Source of the DNA: a virus | Lineage: Duplodnaviria; Caudoviricetes | IMG/VR virus record: IMGVR_UViG_3300022555_000030 | Coordinates: 1 to 64,000 of that record | Length of the DNA: 64,000 nt | Strand: one strand, 5' to 3' | Part shown: one piece after another, positions 51,743 through 62,301 of the stretch | Layout: each line of letters starts with the position of its first letter | Position numbering within the stretch: the first letter of the stretch is position 1 | The notes under the pieces: generated by a model | Seen by the model: the letters and a program-made list of their open reading frames with translations, nothing else | The model's database searches: none | Told to the model about the DNA's origin: nothing | Translations under genes and position numbers: made by a program

Positions 51743-54637
51743 CTAAATACTACATTTTCCCCCATCACATTCACTAAGATGCCCATCATTAGTGGCTTTT
51801 AATGGTGCATCTCTACTACCATCACGATATACTGTAATTCCTTTACAACCTAAAGAATGAGCAAGAAGATATGCATCATTAATATGCTCTAAAGTTGCAT
51901 TATTATGAAGATTAATAGTCTTACTTACTGCATTATCTGTATATTGCTGAAATGCTGCTTGCATATTAATATGCTGTTCAATTGTTAATTCATGAGAAGT
52001 GACTACAGCCATTTCCTGTTCTTCAGTATATTTTTTACTAAGATCCAATTTTACTCCATTCAGCACAGTCTTTGTATATTCTCTAGCAAATAATGGCTCA
52101 ATACTACTAGATGTATTAGCTAATACAGAGAGGGTACCGGTCGGGGCGATTGTGGTGAGGGTTGCATTACGTCTTTTTAATTGCTCTAATGCCCCTAAAC
52201 CTTTTTCTTTGCCTAAATCTCTTGAAGTCATATGAGCAACTTCTCTAATATTCATCATAAGCCTTTTAGCAAGTTTTATGGCTTCTTCTGAGTCATATCT
52301 AATACCCATTTCGATAAGAGCATCAGCCCAACCCATAATTCCTAAACCTACTTTTCGAGTCATTTTTGTTTTACGTTCAATTTTAATAGTAGGGAACTTA
52401 TTTACATCAATAACATCATCAAGAAATCTAGCTGCAATAGCTACCACTACTGCTAATTTATCCCAATCAATTTTATTCCCTTTTATAAATTTTGCTATAT
52501 CAATAGACCCTAAATTACAACTTTCATATGGTAAAAGAGGTTGCTCTCCACATTGCATTGTATTTATAAATATCTGTTCTTTCCCATTTTCAAAACCGCC
52601 TATATAATAATTATGGAAATCATCGACTGTACCATTATAAACATCTTCATATCCATCTTCCGTAACATAAATTACTTTATGATTTGAATATACAAATAAT
52701 TCTTTTGGAATACCTTTACGTTGTTCAGCAAGTTTATTATTCCAGCATTTATGGCTACAATAAGAAACTTCTCTTTTTGCCCATTTTACTGAAAAATTAA
52801 TGCCACATCTCTCACATTTTTTCTCAACCATTACAATATTATTATTCAAATAACATCTTAAATCTGTTTTATTTTTACATTCTTCTAACTTTTGTTGAGA
52901 TCGTTCTTTAATAGCTAAATCAAGATTTTCTAGAGCGTTATTAAGACCATTCCTATCTTTATGATGAACAATTGATTTATAGCCTATTTTTCCAAAACCA
53001 TAATTAGCAATTAATCTATGCTCTAAATTAAAAGTTTTTTCATTGCTATTTTTTATCCATATATAATCTTGAGAAATGCTATTTGAATGCGCTAAAATTT
53101 CGTTAAATTTAGCTTTTTTCTTAATTAAAATATTTAAACTATCTCCATTTTGTAATTTCTCTGCTTCTTTTTTAGTTCCATCTGAAAGAATAAATTTATG
53201 ATTTCCAGTAACTCTTAAGCTATTACCATCATCTAAAGTAATCTTATATATTTTTTGTGAATATCCTGTAACTCTTGGATTTCTTAATATTCTAATTTTT
53301 GTTTTTCCATTATCACTACAATATACAGGAACATCTTTTCCTTCTTCTGCTAATTGTTTAATTGATATTGCACCTCTCCCATCTGCAATTGCAATTAAAG
53401 TATCTCCCGATAAACAAGGGTTAGTTCCTTCAATATTCCCAAGCCATGGAGTAGGATTTTTAGCATTAATAGAGTCTAAGAATATAAGTCCGGGTTCTCC
53501 AGTCTTCCAAGCTTGGGTGCATATAGCCTCCCATAATCTTTCAGCTTTAATATATATCTTTTCTTTAGTCCTAGGATTAATTAAAGGATATCCATTCCTT
53601 TGCTTTACTGCTTTTAAGAAATTATCAGTAATTCCTACACTCATATTAAAATTACTAAATTGAGAAATATCTTCCTTACATCTTATAAAATTAAAAATAT
53701 CTGGATGAGAACAATGAAGAATACCCATATTTGCTCCACGGCGAACACCACCTTGCTTAACTACATCAGTAGCAGTATCAAATACTCTCATAAATGATAC
53801 TGGGCCAGAAGCAACACCGGATGTACTTGCGACCATACTATTTGCTGGTCTTATATTAGAGAATAAAAGCCCGGTACCCCCTCCACTTTTATGTATAAGC
53901 GCTGTTTGTTTCACTTGTTCAAAAATATTAGATAAATTATCCTCCATCGGGAGAAGAAAACAATTATGAACAAAAATATTATTTGCAGCAAAATTATGAT
54001 ATTTATCTACTGATAAATCATATACATCTTCTCTACCGCAATATTCTATAGATACGACTTTATGATTATAATCATAATTAAGAGGCATTATTGATTGACC
54101 TACAGATAATTCATCTACTCTACTAAATTTACCATTTCTATGCATAATAAGATGATCTTTTGTAGCTTTTAATTCACTCCCGTCATCAAATTTAATTAAG
54201 AATACTTCTTCATTTTTTCTTGTTAATCTAGGATTAAAAGCCTTTCCTATACCTAACTCTGAAAAAGATGCAGCACAAAAAACATCAAATTTTTCATTAG
54301 GTTTATCTTTATATTTTTCTGCTAATTCTTTTATTGTAAAATCACCAGCACAAGTTCTAATAATAGTATTCCCAGAAAGACAAGCACTCAATTGTCCTAA
54401 TTCTTTTCCTGAATTCATAAGTGTAGGACTATTAGGTAAAAATTCAAGAGTATCCATAATACTCATAAATTTATCATACCAATAATTTTTTAATTCATTT
54501 GTTTTCTCTGCATTTGATATATGTTTTGCAACACGCTCAAGCATTTGGTCTGGTGTCTCTATTACAACCCCTTTTTTATCTTTTAATAGATATCTTGCTT
54601 CCAAAATAGGAATAGCATTATTACTCCATTTAGCCAT
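51743..54637 (-). CDS. nrdJ: Class II (B12-dependent) ribonucleotide reductase with two inteins
   Basis: FLPNSPTLMN, GGGTG, QGGVRRGANM, TNPCGEQPL (after splicing), CNLGSI, TIAPTGT, DNAVSKTIN; no ATP cone and no nrdB nearby. Confidence 0.88.
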   Translation of the reverse strand: MAKWSNNAIPILEARYLLKDKKGVVIETPDQMLERVAKHISNAEKTNELKNYWYDKFMSIMDTLEFLPNSPTLMNSGKELGQLSACLSGNTIIRTCAGDFTIKELAEKYKDKPNEKFDVFCAASFSELGIGKAFNPRLTRKNEEVFLIKFDDGSELKATKDHLIMHRNGKFSRVDELSVGQSIMPLNYDYNHKVVSIEYCGREDVYDLSVDKYHNFAANNIFVHNCFLLPMEDNLSNIFEQVKQTALIHKSGGGTGLLFSNIRPANSMVASTSGVASGPVSFMRVFDTATDVVKQGGVRRGANMGILHCSHPDIFNFIRCKEDISQFSNFNMSVGITDNFLKAVKQRNGYPLINPRTKEKIYIKAERLWEAICTQAWKTGEPGLIFLDSINAKNPTPWLGNIEGTNPCLSGDTLIAIADGRGAISIKQLAEEGKDVPVYCSDNGKTKIRILRNPRVTGYSQKIYKITLDDGNSLRVTGNHKFILSDGTKKEAEKLQNGDSLNILIKKKAKFNEILAHSNSISQDYIWIKNSNEKTFNLEHRLIANYGFGKIGYKSIVHHKDRNGLNNALENLDLAIKERSQQKLEECKNKTDLRCYLNNNIVMVEKKCERCGINFSVKWAKREVSYCSHKCWNNKLAEQRKGIPKELFVYSNHKVIYVTEDGYEDVYNGTVDDFHNYYIGGFENGKEQIFINTMQCGEQPLLPYESCNLGSIDIAKFIKGNKIDWDKLAVVVAIAARFLDDVIDVNKFPTIKIERKTKMTRKVGLGIMGWADALIEMGIRYDSEEAIKLAKRLMMNIREVAHMTSRDLGKEKGLGALEQLKRRNATLTTIAPTGTLSVLANTSSSIEPLFAREYTKTVLNGVKLDLSKKYTEEQEMAVVTSHELTIEQHINMQAAFQQYTDNAVSKTINLHNNATLEHINDAYLLAHSLGCKGITVYRDGSRDAPLKATNDGHLSECDGGKCSI
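52553..53416 (-). mobile_element. Intein 2 in RNR (288 aa) with HNH-like endonuclease, ending in Gln
   Basis: TNP|CLSGDT...VTGNHKF...EHRLI...VHHKDRNGLNNALENL...CERC...CSHKC...VYNGTVDDFHN...TMQ|CGEQ. Confidence 0.85.
53963..54382 (-). mobile_element. Mini-intein 1 in RNR (140 aa)
   Basis: QLSA|CLSGNT...ATKDH...VYDLSV...FVHN|CFLL. Confidence 0.9.
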
Positions 54638-54722
54638 TAATTTCCTCTCTAAGATATTATTTATTTATTACTTTATAAGTATATATTAATATCATTTATA
54701 GCAAAAATAATTATTATATTAA

Positions 54723-55175
54723 TTATTCATTAGTCATTCTTATCCAACCATATTGACAAATACATGAAGCATCAGCGAGATCTTGATTTGTAATTAAATC
54801 CCCCCATTTTGCTTTTGCAAATTCCATAATAGCTTCTTTTTGCACTTTGCCATTACCAAGTATTGATTTTTTCCAACTCGTGACTTCTACCGTTTGTACA
54901 GGAATATTATTAAGTACACAGGCAAATCTTACCGCGTCAACTACTGAATGAATAGCTAATGTCACTTTGATATTCTGAAGATATGGAGAATTTTCTACAA
55001 ATACCATATCAGGATTTAATACTTTAATAGCAGTTTTTACTTTTAAAAACATTTCATTAATACGCATATTTGTATCTTTATTATTTGATTCTATTTCAAC
55101 TCTAACATTTTCTCCATTATCAATAACAAATATTGCAATCTTTTTTGTACTACAGTCTATACCTGCTACTATCAT
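54723..55175 (-). CDS. RuvC-like Holliday junction resolvase
   Basis: IVAGIDCS, VFVEN, WKKSILGNGK..KE, DLADA. Confidence 0.85.
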   Translation of the reverse strand: MIVAGIDCSTKKIAIFVIDNGENVRVEIESNNKDTNMRINEMFLKVKTAIKVLNPDMVFVENSPYLQNIKVTLAIHSVVDAVRFACVLNNIPVQTVEVTSWKKSILGNGKVQKEAIMEFAKAKWGDLITNQDLADASCICQYGWIRMTNE

Positions 55176-55177
55176 CT

Positions 55178-55951
55178 TTATACTCCTATACTATGACAAA
55201 GTGAAAAATATCCACACCATTTTTCTCCGCACCACCAACCGCAAGGATTTGGAGGGAATATCCCTGAATTAATTTGCTTATCAATATTAATAATAAGATT
55301 TTTAAACCATTCAATATCATTAATAGTCTTAGATACATGAACTAATTGTATTTCAGGTACCTTCTTCTTTACTGCTACATGGAATGTGAATTCACGTTTT
55401 CCATTTAATAATGCATATGAATAAGGTTGTAGTTCTTTATTAGCATCATCTTGTGACATTGAACGACTTTTTAATTTATGATCTGCTGTTTCTCCTAATA
55501 ATTCTAAATCAATAAACCCCATAAAATGAATATCGCCTATATTAACATCCCTTCTTTGTTCTACTGCCAATGGACGTATCATAGGTGCAATCTTAGAATG
55601 ATATACCTTTAATGCATTTATAGTTTCATCTTTAAGTTCACCGGGGTCTTTATCTTCCCAATTAACTTTTTCTTCTATAATATCATTAAAGTCTTCATCA
55701 TCTTTTACTGCTTTAGTATTATTATCCCATGATGTTGAGAATGCATCTAACAAATCATTAGCAAGTAAATCATCCCCTGTTCTAATTTTATTTTCAAAAT
55801 TAGCTTTTAATGCTTCATGATAAGATGACCCTTGCACAAGTGCGCCTGATGGTCTAATCTTTAACCCTTTAATATAACGAAATTCCCATTGTCGAGGACA
55901 ATGCAACATAGTCCCTATTTGTGAATTACTTATATACTCTGGTCTTCCCAT
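55178..55951 (-). CDS. Cas4/RecB-like PD-(D/E)XK exonuclease
   Basis: SNSQI...CPRQW, GFIDL...DHK, C-terminal C..WC...WC......C Fe-S-type Cys cluster. Confidence 0.8.
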   Translation of the reverse strand: MGRPEYISNSQIGTMLHCPRQWEFRYIKGLKIRPSGALVQGSSYHEALKANFENKIRTGDDLLANDLLDAFSTSWDNNTKAVKDDEDFNDIIEEKVNWEDKDPGELKDETINALKVYHSKIAPMIRPLAVEQRRDVNIGDIHFMGFIDLELLGETADHKLKSRSMSQDDANKELQPYSYALLNGKREFTFHVAVKKKVPEIQLVHVSKTINDIEWFKNLIINIDKQINSGIFPPNPCGWWCGEKWCGYFSLCHSIGV

Positions 55952-55954
55952 TAT

Positions 55955-56251
55955 TTATTCTCCTTCTATCTCTAAAAACTTATTTAATTCTTCTTTATCT
56001 TCTTCTGATTTATAACGAAATATTTGTATCTTATAAGCCTCTAATATATATTTATCTCTTTTTTCATCTCTTCTTTTACCATGAAAAGGTTTCCCATCAT
56101 ATTCTATTGCCTTATTAAGTTCTGGGAGAAAAATATCTAAAATAAATGGTTCTACTTTATATTCTAGAATTGTTTGTAATCCTTTACTTTCTATATATTT
56201 CTGTAAATCCATTTGGCCTTTTGTAAATCTAGTAGGTATAGTATGCGCCAT
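55955..56251 (-). CDS. DUF559/Vsr-like endonuclease
   Basis: FILDIFLPELNKAIEYDGKPFH...RDEKRDKY. Confidence 0.8.
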   Translation of the reverse strand: MAHTIPTRFTKGQMDLQKYIESKGLQTILEYKVEPFILDIFLPELNKAIEYDGKPFHGKRRDEKRDKYILEAYKIQIFRYKSEEDKEELNKFLEIEGE

Positions 56252-56790
56252 TATTTTGAACCATCTCTTATTATTACCCCGGCTTCTATTAGAAGATCAT
56301 ATCCAGTAATACCAACTTGTTTATAAATAACAGGTTCTCCTTTTAAAATAACTTCTTTAATGCCGGCATTAATAATAAGTTTAGCACATTCCCTACAGGG
56401 CATAATTTGAGAATTAATATATATTGCTGAATTATCAATTTTTACACCATTTCTTGCTGCAAAGACTATTGCATTAGCTTCTGCGTGAGTAGCAGAACAG
56501 TATTCTAATCCTTCCCCGGATTTATAACCCATCCTTTGTCGTGGACATTCAAATTTCGGTTTATATACACTATGAATAAAATCGTTTAAAGTCTTTAATT
56601 TGGCCCATTCCCCTCTATCATTACGCCATTCACAATGCATTATCCCAGATGGTGGCCCATTATATCCTGTACTTAATATCCTTCTATTATTAACTATTAT
56701 ACATCCAAGGTTTCGTGATAAACAGTGAGACTTTTTAGATACTTCATCTGCTATATTTAAAAAATATTTATCCCAAGTTAAGTTGTCCAT
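56251..56790 (-). CDS. dCMP deaminase
   Basis: LSTGYNGPPSG, HAEANAI, PCRECAK. Confidence 0.92.
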   Translation of the reverse strand: MDNLTWDKYFLNIADEVSKKSHCLSRNLGCIIVNNRRILSTGYNGPPSGIMHCEWRNDRGEWAKLKTLNDFIHSVYKPKFECPRQRMGYKSGEGLEYCSATHAEANAIVFAARNGVKIDNSAIYINSQIMPCRECAKLIINAGIKEVILKGEPVIYKQVGITGYDLLIEAGVIIRDGSK

Positions 56791-57784
56791 CTACTATTCC
56801 TTCTTCTTTATTTACTTTCTCAAGTTTTGCTACTTCACCACGTAATGCTGCCCGTAATTTATCACAAATTTCTGTATTGCCTGTAAGTGCTTCTCGTAAT
56901 TTTAATTTCCCATGAATTTTTTCACCAAATAAATAATATGATGCTCTATCATGAGGAATAATATTATTTTCAAGGCATATTTCTATTAACCCGCCAATAG
57001 AATCTATCATACCACCTTCATAAATAAAAGGCAATTCACAACTTTGGAATTGTTTACCACTAACTTTATCTTTTTCAAGAGTAATTCTTTGAGTAAATCC
57101 AATCTTTTTAGCATTATCATCTTTAATTGCTGAACCTCTTGATATAAACATCATTAAAGATGCAAAATCTTCTTGAGCTTTACCGCCTGGAATAGACTTA
57201 CTTGCAAATCTTCCTACACCTTCTCTAATATGATTTAATAATACTAATACTGAATTATGATTCTTTTGTTGTGCAAGTCTTATCCCTCTAGTATTACATT
57301 TAGCTATTTCAGTACCATATGATACATTCTCCATAGATGTATCAATAACCGTAGGAATAATAGCATCAAGACTATCCATAACAATAAGGTCTACTTCATT
57401 ATCAATAGCTTTATGAACATAATCCCATGCTTGTTCCCCATAATCTGGAATTAATATAGGAAGATCAGTAACATCCACACCAACAGTAGCACACCAATCG
57501 GGTTCAAAAGTCTTATCAATACAAACATATAATATTTTCTTACCAAGTTTTTGAACCATAGCAAATAATTTATAACAAAGAAATGTTTTGCCTACTGATC
57601 CTTCCCCATATATTAAAGTGAATCTGCCATAAGGTAATCCGCCATTTGTTAAATCATCTAGTAAATCAATACCAAAAGGAATTTTTTCTTTCTTTAATTT
57701 TTTATCATTACCAGTAGTTAATATCATACCTTTAATTTTCTTTTCTGATAATCCTTTAATTACATCATCCGCCATTGTCCCCAT
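56768..57784 (-). CDS. recA: RecA/UvsX-like recombinase
   Basis: GGLPYGR...YGEGSVGKT, IVMDS, LNHIRE, IPGGKA. Confidence 0.88.
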   Translation of the reverse strand: MGTMADDVIKGLSEKKIKGMILTTGNDKKLKKEKIPFGIDLLDDLTNGGLPYGRFTLIYGEGSVGKTFLCYKLFAMVQKLGKKILYVCIDKTFEPDWCATVGVDVTDLPILIPDYGEQAWDYVHKAIDNEVDLIVMDSLDAIIPTVIDTSMENVSYGTEIAKCNTRGIRLAQQKNHNSVLVLLNHIREGVGRFASKSIPGGKAQEDFASLMMFISRGSAIKDDNAKKIGFTQRITLEKDKVSGKQFQSCELPFIYEGGMIDSIGGLIEICLENNIIPHDRASYYLFGEKIHGKLKLREALTGNTEICDKLRAALRGEVAKLEKVNKEEGIVDGQLNLG

Positions 57785-57804
57785 ACTTTGTACCTCTCAT
57801 TTAT

Positions 57805-60516
57805 TTATCTATAATAATATTTTTTTATTTTATAATCGTTCCGTTTATTATATAATTCACAATTATATGCATCTATTCTATTAAAATACTTTTCTTTATC
57901 AAATTCTAATGCTCCTGCAGCTAATAATGCTTCTATGATTCTCTTATTAATTTTATTCTTAGGAACACGATTCATAAAATTTTCTAATGATGTATATTTA
58001 CCATTCTTTATACGTTCTTGTTCTATTATTGCTGCTGCCTTACTACCTATATTTTTAATACTTAATAAACCTTCCCGTATAGTATTATTAATTAATGAAT
58101 AATCTGATGATGAATTAATATGAGGTGTTAATATCTTTATTCCTTCACATACTGCATCAACCTTATATTTTAATATATCCTCATCAAAAAGTGCATGCTT
58201 TATTTTTATAAACCAAAAATATTTAGAATAATATAATTTATAAAACATTTGGTATATACTAATTACAGCATAACCTGTTGCATGGCCTTTATTAAAAGAA
58301 TAAACAACCATACTATTAAATAATTCATCTGCATCTTTTTCTATATACCCTGATTTACAAGCCCCAGCAACAAATTTGCTTCTTAATATATCCTCTTCAG
58401 TTTTACGTTTAGCTAATACCGTTTCACTAATAGAACCACCCTTTAATAATTTCATTAGCTTATCTATATCACCCCATTCCATAAGTCCTATATTACGGCA
58501 TATAGCCATAATTTGTTCCTGATAGACAATAGTTCCATATGTTTCTTTTGTATATTTAAGGAATGGATTAGCATCATCCATAATCATTTTTGATTTATTC
58601 TCAGCATATTTTTGAGGCATCTTTAAAGATAATGGCCCAGGACGATTTAATGCTTCTGCTGCAATAATGTCTTCAACACAATCAGCCTTCATACCTTGCA
58701 ATATATTTTTAGCCGCATTCTTTTCAAATTGGAATATGCCATCAGTATTACCTTTAGCAAATTCCTGGAATAAATCAGAATTATTAAAGACTTCATAATC
58801 TACTTTTACATTAGTTAAAATCTCTAATTCTTTTAATTCTGATACAGTCTTTAACCCTAAAATATCAAATTTAATTACATTAATACTTTCAAGATTTAAT
58901 AAATCATACGCTGTTACAAATTTATCAGTTCTTTTTTGAATAGCTGTGTATTTAATAATATCTACAGGGGTAATAGCTATGCCAGCTGCATGTACACTAA
59001 TAAACCTTACTTGCTTATAAAGATTAATAAAATGAATAATAATATTATCATAAGTTGTATTATATTCATTATAACGTTTATCTGTGGTAAGCTTTACAAT
59101 ATTTAGTGCATCTTCAATAATATATTCACTAATATAATTCTTAATCTTTACTTTAACATCCGCTGCATTGCATACTTTGCATAAATCATTCATTAAAACA
59201 TCCGGCTTATATAACCCATAACTGCATATTTGTGCGGCTCTTCCTTCATACTTATTAAGTATATAATTAATGACTTCATCCCGTCTTTCCTTTTCAAAAT
59301 CAAGGTCAATATCAGGTAATTTTTTCTTATCCATTCTTAAAAATCTATTAAAATCAAGTTTAAAGAATATAGAATCTACTTCAGTAATACCTAATGCATA
59401 TGCAATTAATGAATTACAAACTGATCCTCTCCCGGTACCAACTTTAATTTCATTATTTTTAGCATATTTTACATAGTCTTCTACTATTAAGAAATAGTCT
59501 TCAAAGCCATGCTTTGTAATTACTTCATACTCTTCTTTTGCTCGTAATACATATTCCCTATTATATTTATTTAATTGTTTTAATCCAGCAATAATATTAT
59601 CATGCAATAATACTTTACTATCTATATTGGGATCAAATTTAGGAATCTCCAACTTTAAATTGCTTAAAATTTTATCTTCAACTTTATTGTATAAATCATT
59701 CATATTATTAATTATTGTTCTAAGCAAATGCTTTTGCTCAGGATGCATTCCTAAAAATCTTTGGTATAATTCTTTAGGGGATGGCATATAACGATCAATA
59801 TAAGTTGCTATAACTTCTACTTCATTCTGAATTCCACCAATTTTATGCATTTTAATATATGTAGGGAAATCTTCTTTAGAACTATAATGGCTATCTGATG
59901 TTAATATAAGTTTTACATTACTTATTTCTGATAATTCAAAAAGACATTTATTTATAATTTGCTGCCTATTACTTAATTCAATATTCTTTATCTTCCCAGG
60001 GCTTATTTCATATGGCATAATTTCTATATACATATCATCATGAAATATTTCAATAAATTGCCCCATTTCATGCATAATAATAGAGCCCTTTTCATCATCT
60101 ATTACTAATGATGGGATATAACCATCCACACAAGCAGTGCTGCAAATTAATCCTTCATGATATTTTTTTAATAAATCAAAAGTAACAATTGGATGATAAT
60201 AAAATGTATCTTTACTCGCTTCAGTAATTATTCTATTAAGATTTTCATAGCCTTTAATATTTTTAATAAAAAGGCATAAATGATATCTTGGCTTTTCTTT
60301 ATCAAATTCTGGTTGGAAATATGCTTCTATGCCTAATATAGGTTTAATATCATTATCATTACAAGCATTATAATGTTCAATTAAGCCACTAATATTACCA
60401 TGGTTTGATATGCCTAATGCTTTATGACCTTTTTGTTTAGCGAGCATAGCTAACTTTGCAGCTTTGCCATACCCATCAAAACTACTAAATTCATCATGTC
60501 TATGTAAATCAAACAT
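57805..60516 (-). CDS. dnaE: DNA polymerase III alpha subunit (family C)
   Basis: PHP domain (LHRHDEFSSFDG, SNHGN, TSDSHY), GRGS, PDIDLDF, HAAG, KFDILGL, GIFQFE, YSFNKGHA. Confidence 0.95.
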   Translation of the reverse strand: MFDLHRHDEFSSFDGYGKAAKLAMLAKQKGHKALGISNHGNISGLIEHYNACNDNDIKPILGIEAYFQPEFDKEKPRYHLCLFIKNIKGYENLNRIITEASKDTFYYHPIVTFDLLKKYHEGLICSTACVDGYIPSLVIDDEKGSIIMHEMGQFIEIFHDDMYIEIMPYEISPGKIKNIELSNRQQIINKCLFELSEISNVKLILTSDSHYSSKEDFPTYIKMHKIGGIQNEVEVIATYIDRYMPSPKELYQRFLGMHPEQKHLLRTIINNMNDLYNKVEDKILSNLKLEIPKFDPNIDSKVLLHDNIIAGLKQLNKYNREYVLRAKEEYEVITKHGFEDYFLIVEDYVKYAKNNEIKVGTGRGSVCNSLIAYALGITEVDSIFFKLDFNRFLRMDKKKLPDIDLDFEKERRDEVINYILNKYEGRAAQICSYGLYKPDVLMNDLCKVCNAADVKVKIKNYISEYIIEDALNIVKLTTDKRYNEYNTTYDNIIIHFINLYKQVRFISVHAAGIAITPVDIIKYTAIQKRTDKFVTAYDLLNLESINVIKFDILGLKTVSELKELEILTNVKVDYEVFNNSDLFQEFAKGNTDGIFQFEKNAAKNILQGMKADCVEDIIAAEALNRPGPLSLKMPQKYAENKSKMIMDDANPFLKYTKETYGTIVYQEQIMAICRNIGLMEWGDIDKLMKLLKGGSISETVLAKRKTEEDILRSKFVAGACKSGYIEKDADELFNSMVVYSFNKGHATGYAVISIYQMFYKLYYSKYFWFIKIKHALFDEDILKYKVDAVCEGIKILTPHINSSSDYSLINNTIREGLLSIKNIGSKAAAIIEQERIKNGKYTSLENFMNRVPKNKINKRIIEALLAAGALEFDKEKYFNRIDAYNCELYNKRNDYKIKKYYYR

Positions 60517-60875
60517 TATTTGCTCTTACATTTATTTTTGATTATATTTTCTATATTATCAGAATTATATAATGCACTTATAATTTTAATATATGCTGAT
60601 ACATCCATTAATCTAGACTTTATATTCTCTATTTTACCATCTTCACCACGTTCTAATAATGAAAATACTGCATCCAATTGTTTTAGCATATAAGTGCATG
60701 CAATCCCTTCCGGAGTAGACCAATCAGTATTTGGGTATAATTGTTTAATGACTGATACTCTTCTAATTGCTGTATAATTATCCCCAAACTCAGTACCGTT
60801 ATATTCTAAATTCTTTTTCTTATGGAGTTCTATTTCTTCTTCACAGAATTTAACAAAATTATCAGTTTTATTCAT
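60516..60875 (-). CDS. Nucleotide-modification-associated (DUF1599/Nmad-like) helical protein
   Basis: LHKKKNLEY...DN...RLMDVSAY pattern; located in the nucleotide module. Confidence 0.5.
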   Translation of the reverse strand: MNKTDNFVKFCEEEIELHKKKNLEYNGTEFGDNYTAIRRVSVIKQLYPNTDWSTPEGIACTYMLKQLDAVFSLLERGEDGKIENIKSRLMDVSAYIKIISALYNSDNIENIIKNKCKSK

Positions 60876-61600
60876 TACTGTCCCCTTATACTCTTAAACT
60901 TTTTATCCCATGCCTGCATTGGCCATGTGACTCCACAAGGATGTTTTTGCCGGCATTTATTATTAGTAACACAATCAGGCCCAAGAATTGGGAATATTTC
61001 AGGGGCAGTTTCTTTTAATAATTTATATACACAACCAGCAACATAAAGTGTCTCTGACGTATTCCTAAGGCAAAGACGCTGATTAAGTATCCATTTCCAT
61101 TCACGAGCATTAGCAGTCATCAATAAATTCAATCGAGTTGCATTAGTAAGTACTTGCCTTGCAACTTCATGCTTAACCTTTAATTTGTCTTTTAAATATA
61201 AGTAATTATCAATTGCTGTCTGTTGGGCTTCATGATAAAATGATTGTGCATCTATATCTGCTTCAATAATTTCTATAGGAGTTACATATGATAAATTTTC
61301 TGCATCATAATTAATCCAATGTTGGGAAGAAGCAGTGAATGAAGCAAGCCTATGACGAGTAATTTGAGCTAAAAAGCTTCTACTAACACCTTCAAAAAGA
61401 AATGTATATACAAAGTGTTCAAATACACTTTCATGCCCCATTTCTAATAATGTTTTAGTAAGATTATTTTTATCTTCATAACTCTGCATCTCTGAAGATA
61501 TATCATTCTGCCATTTACCATTTGATGTAAGTTTAGCAATAGCCGCAGGACTATAATCCATCTTTGTCGCTTGGTGTATTGTTACTTTAATTTTATCCAT
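60875..61600 (-). CDS. thyX: FAD-dependent thymidylate synthase
   Basis: GHESVFEH, SRSFLAQITRHRLASFTASS (RHRX7S), ARQVL, TANARE. Confidence 0.9.
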   Translation of the reverse strand: MDKIKVTIHQATKMDYSPAAIAKLTSNGKWQNDISSEMQSYEDKNNLTKTLLEMGHESVFEHFVYTFLFEGVSRSFLAQITRHRLASFTASSQHWINYDAENLSYVTPIEIIEADIDAQSFYHEAQQTAIDNYLYLKDKLKVKHEVARQVLTNATRLNLLMTANAREWKWILNQRLCLRNTSETLYVAGCVYKLLKETAPEIFPILGPDCVTNNKCRQKHPCGVTWPMQAWDKKFKSIRGQ

Positions 61601-61626
61601 TCTCTTATCCTTTCGTCTATTTATTA

Positions 61627-61962
61627 TTAATTTGATTTAGTCATATGAATTTTACCGCGATCAATATTCTTATTTCTTTTTTTGAAGTATAATTCTTCAA
61701 CTTCTTCTATATTAGTAACTCCCCATATGATATATAGTTCAAGGACAAAATGAAGAATATCCGTAATTTCCTCGAGTAGATACTCCCTATCAATCTCTTT
61801 CGACTTACTCCATGGAAAACACGCATATCCATCCGATAATTCAGAAAGTTCTTTAATAATAGCATGAATCATCATATTAGAACTTTCAATTTTATTATCT
61901 TGATTTAGTAAATCTGGCCAATGCTTCTTTACTAATTCCAGTTGTCCTTGAACTATGTCCAT
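61627..61962 (-). CDS. Dimeric dUTPase / MazG-like NTP pyrophosphatase
   Basis: IIKELSEL...FPW...LLEEITDILHF...YFKKRNKN. Confidence 0.8.
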   Translation of the reverse strand: MDIVQGQLELVKKHWPDLLNQDNKIESSNMMIHAIIKELSELSDGYACFPWSKSKEIDREYLLEEITDILHFVLELYIIWGVTNIEEVEELYFKKRNKNIDRGKIHMTKSN

Positions 61963-61966
61963 CTAT

Positions 61967-62281
61967 TTATACCTCTTTTTCTACTTTTTTAATAATTTGA
62001 GATTTTAATTCTTCTATCTCAATATCAAGTTTTTTAAACTTTCTTTGAAGTTGTGATACTAATTCTTTATCCATATCAAAATTTATTAGAATTTCGTCCC
62101 CTGCAATATTACTTATTTTATCTAAAGTTTCCTTTAAAGCCTTTTCTGCAAGTTCCAATTGTGGATAAATATCCACATTAGTATCAATATCAGAAATACC
62201 AATCTCAGGACGTATAAACTCATAACTATCCTTTTTATTTATTTTAAGAGTAAAACCTAACTTTGCTTCTACTTTAGCCAT
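61967..62281 (-). CDS. Hypothetical protein in the replication operon
   Basis: ORF with RBS between SSB and dUTPase. Confidence 0.55.
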   Translation of the reverse strand: MAKVEAKLGFTLKINKKDSYEFIRPEIGISDIDTNVDIYPQLELAEKALKETLDKISNIAGDEILINFDMDKELVSQLQRKFKKLDIEIEELKSQIIKKVEKEV

Positions 62282-62301
62282 TTAATTATTCCTCACTTAT
62301 C

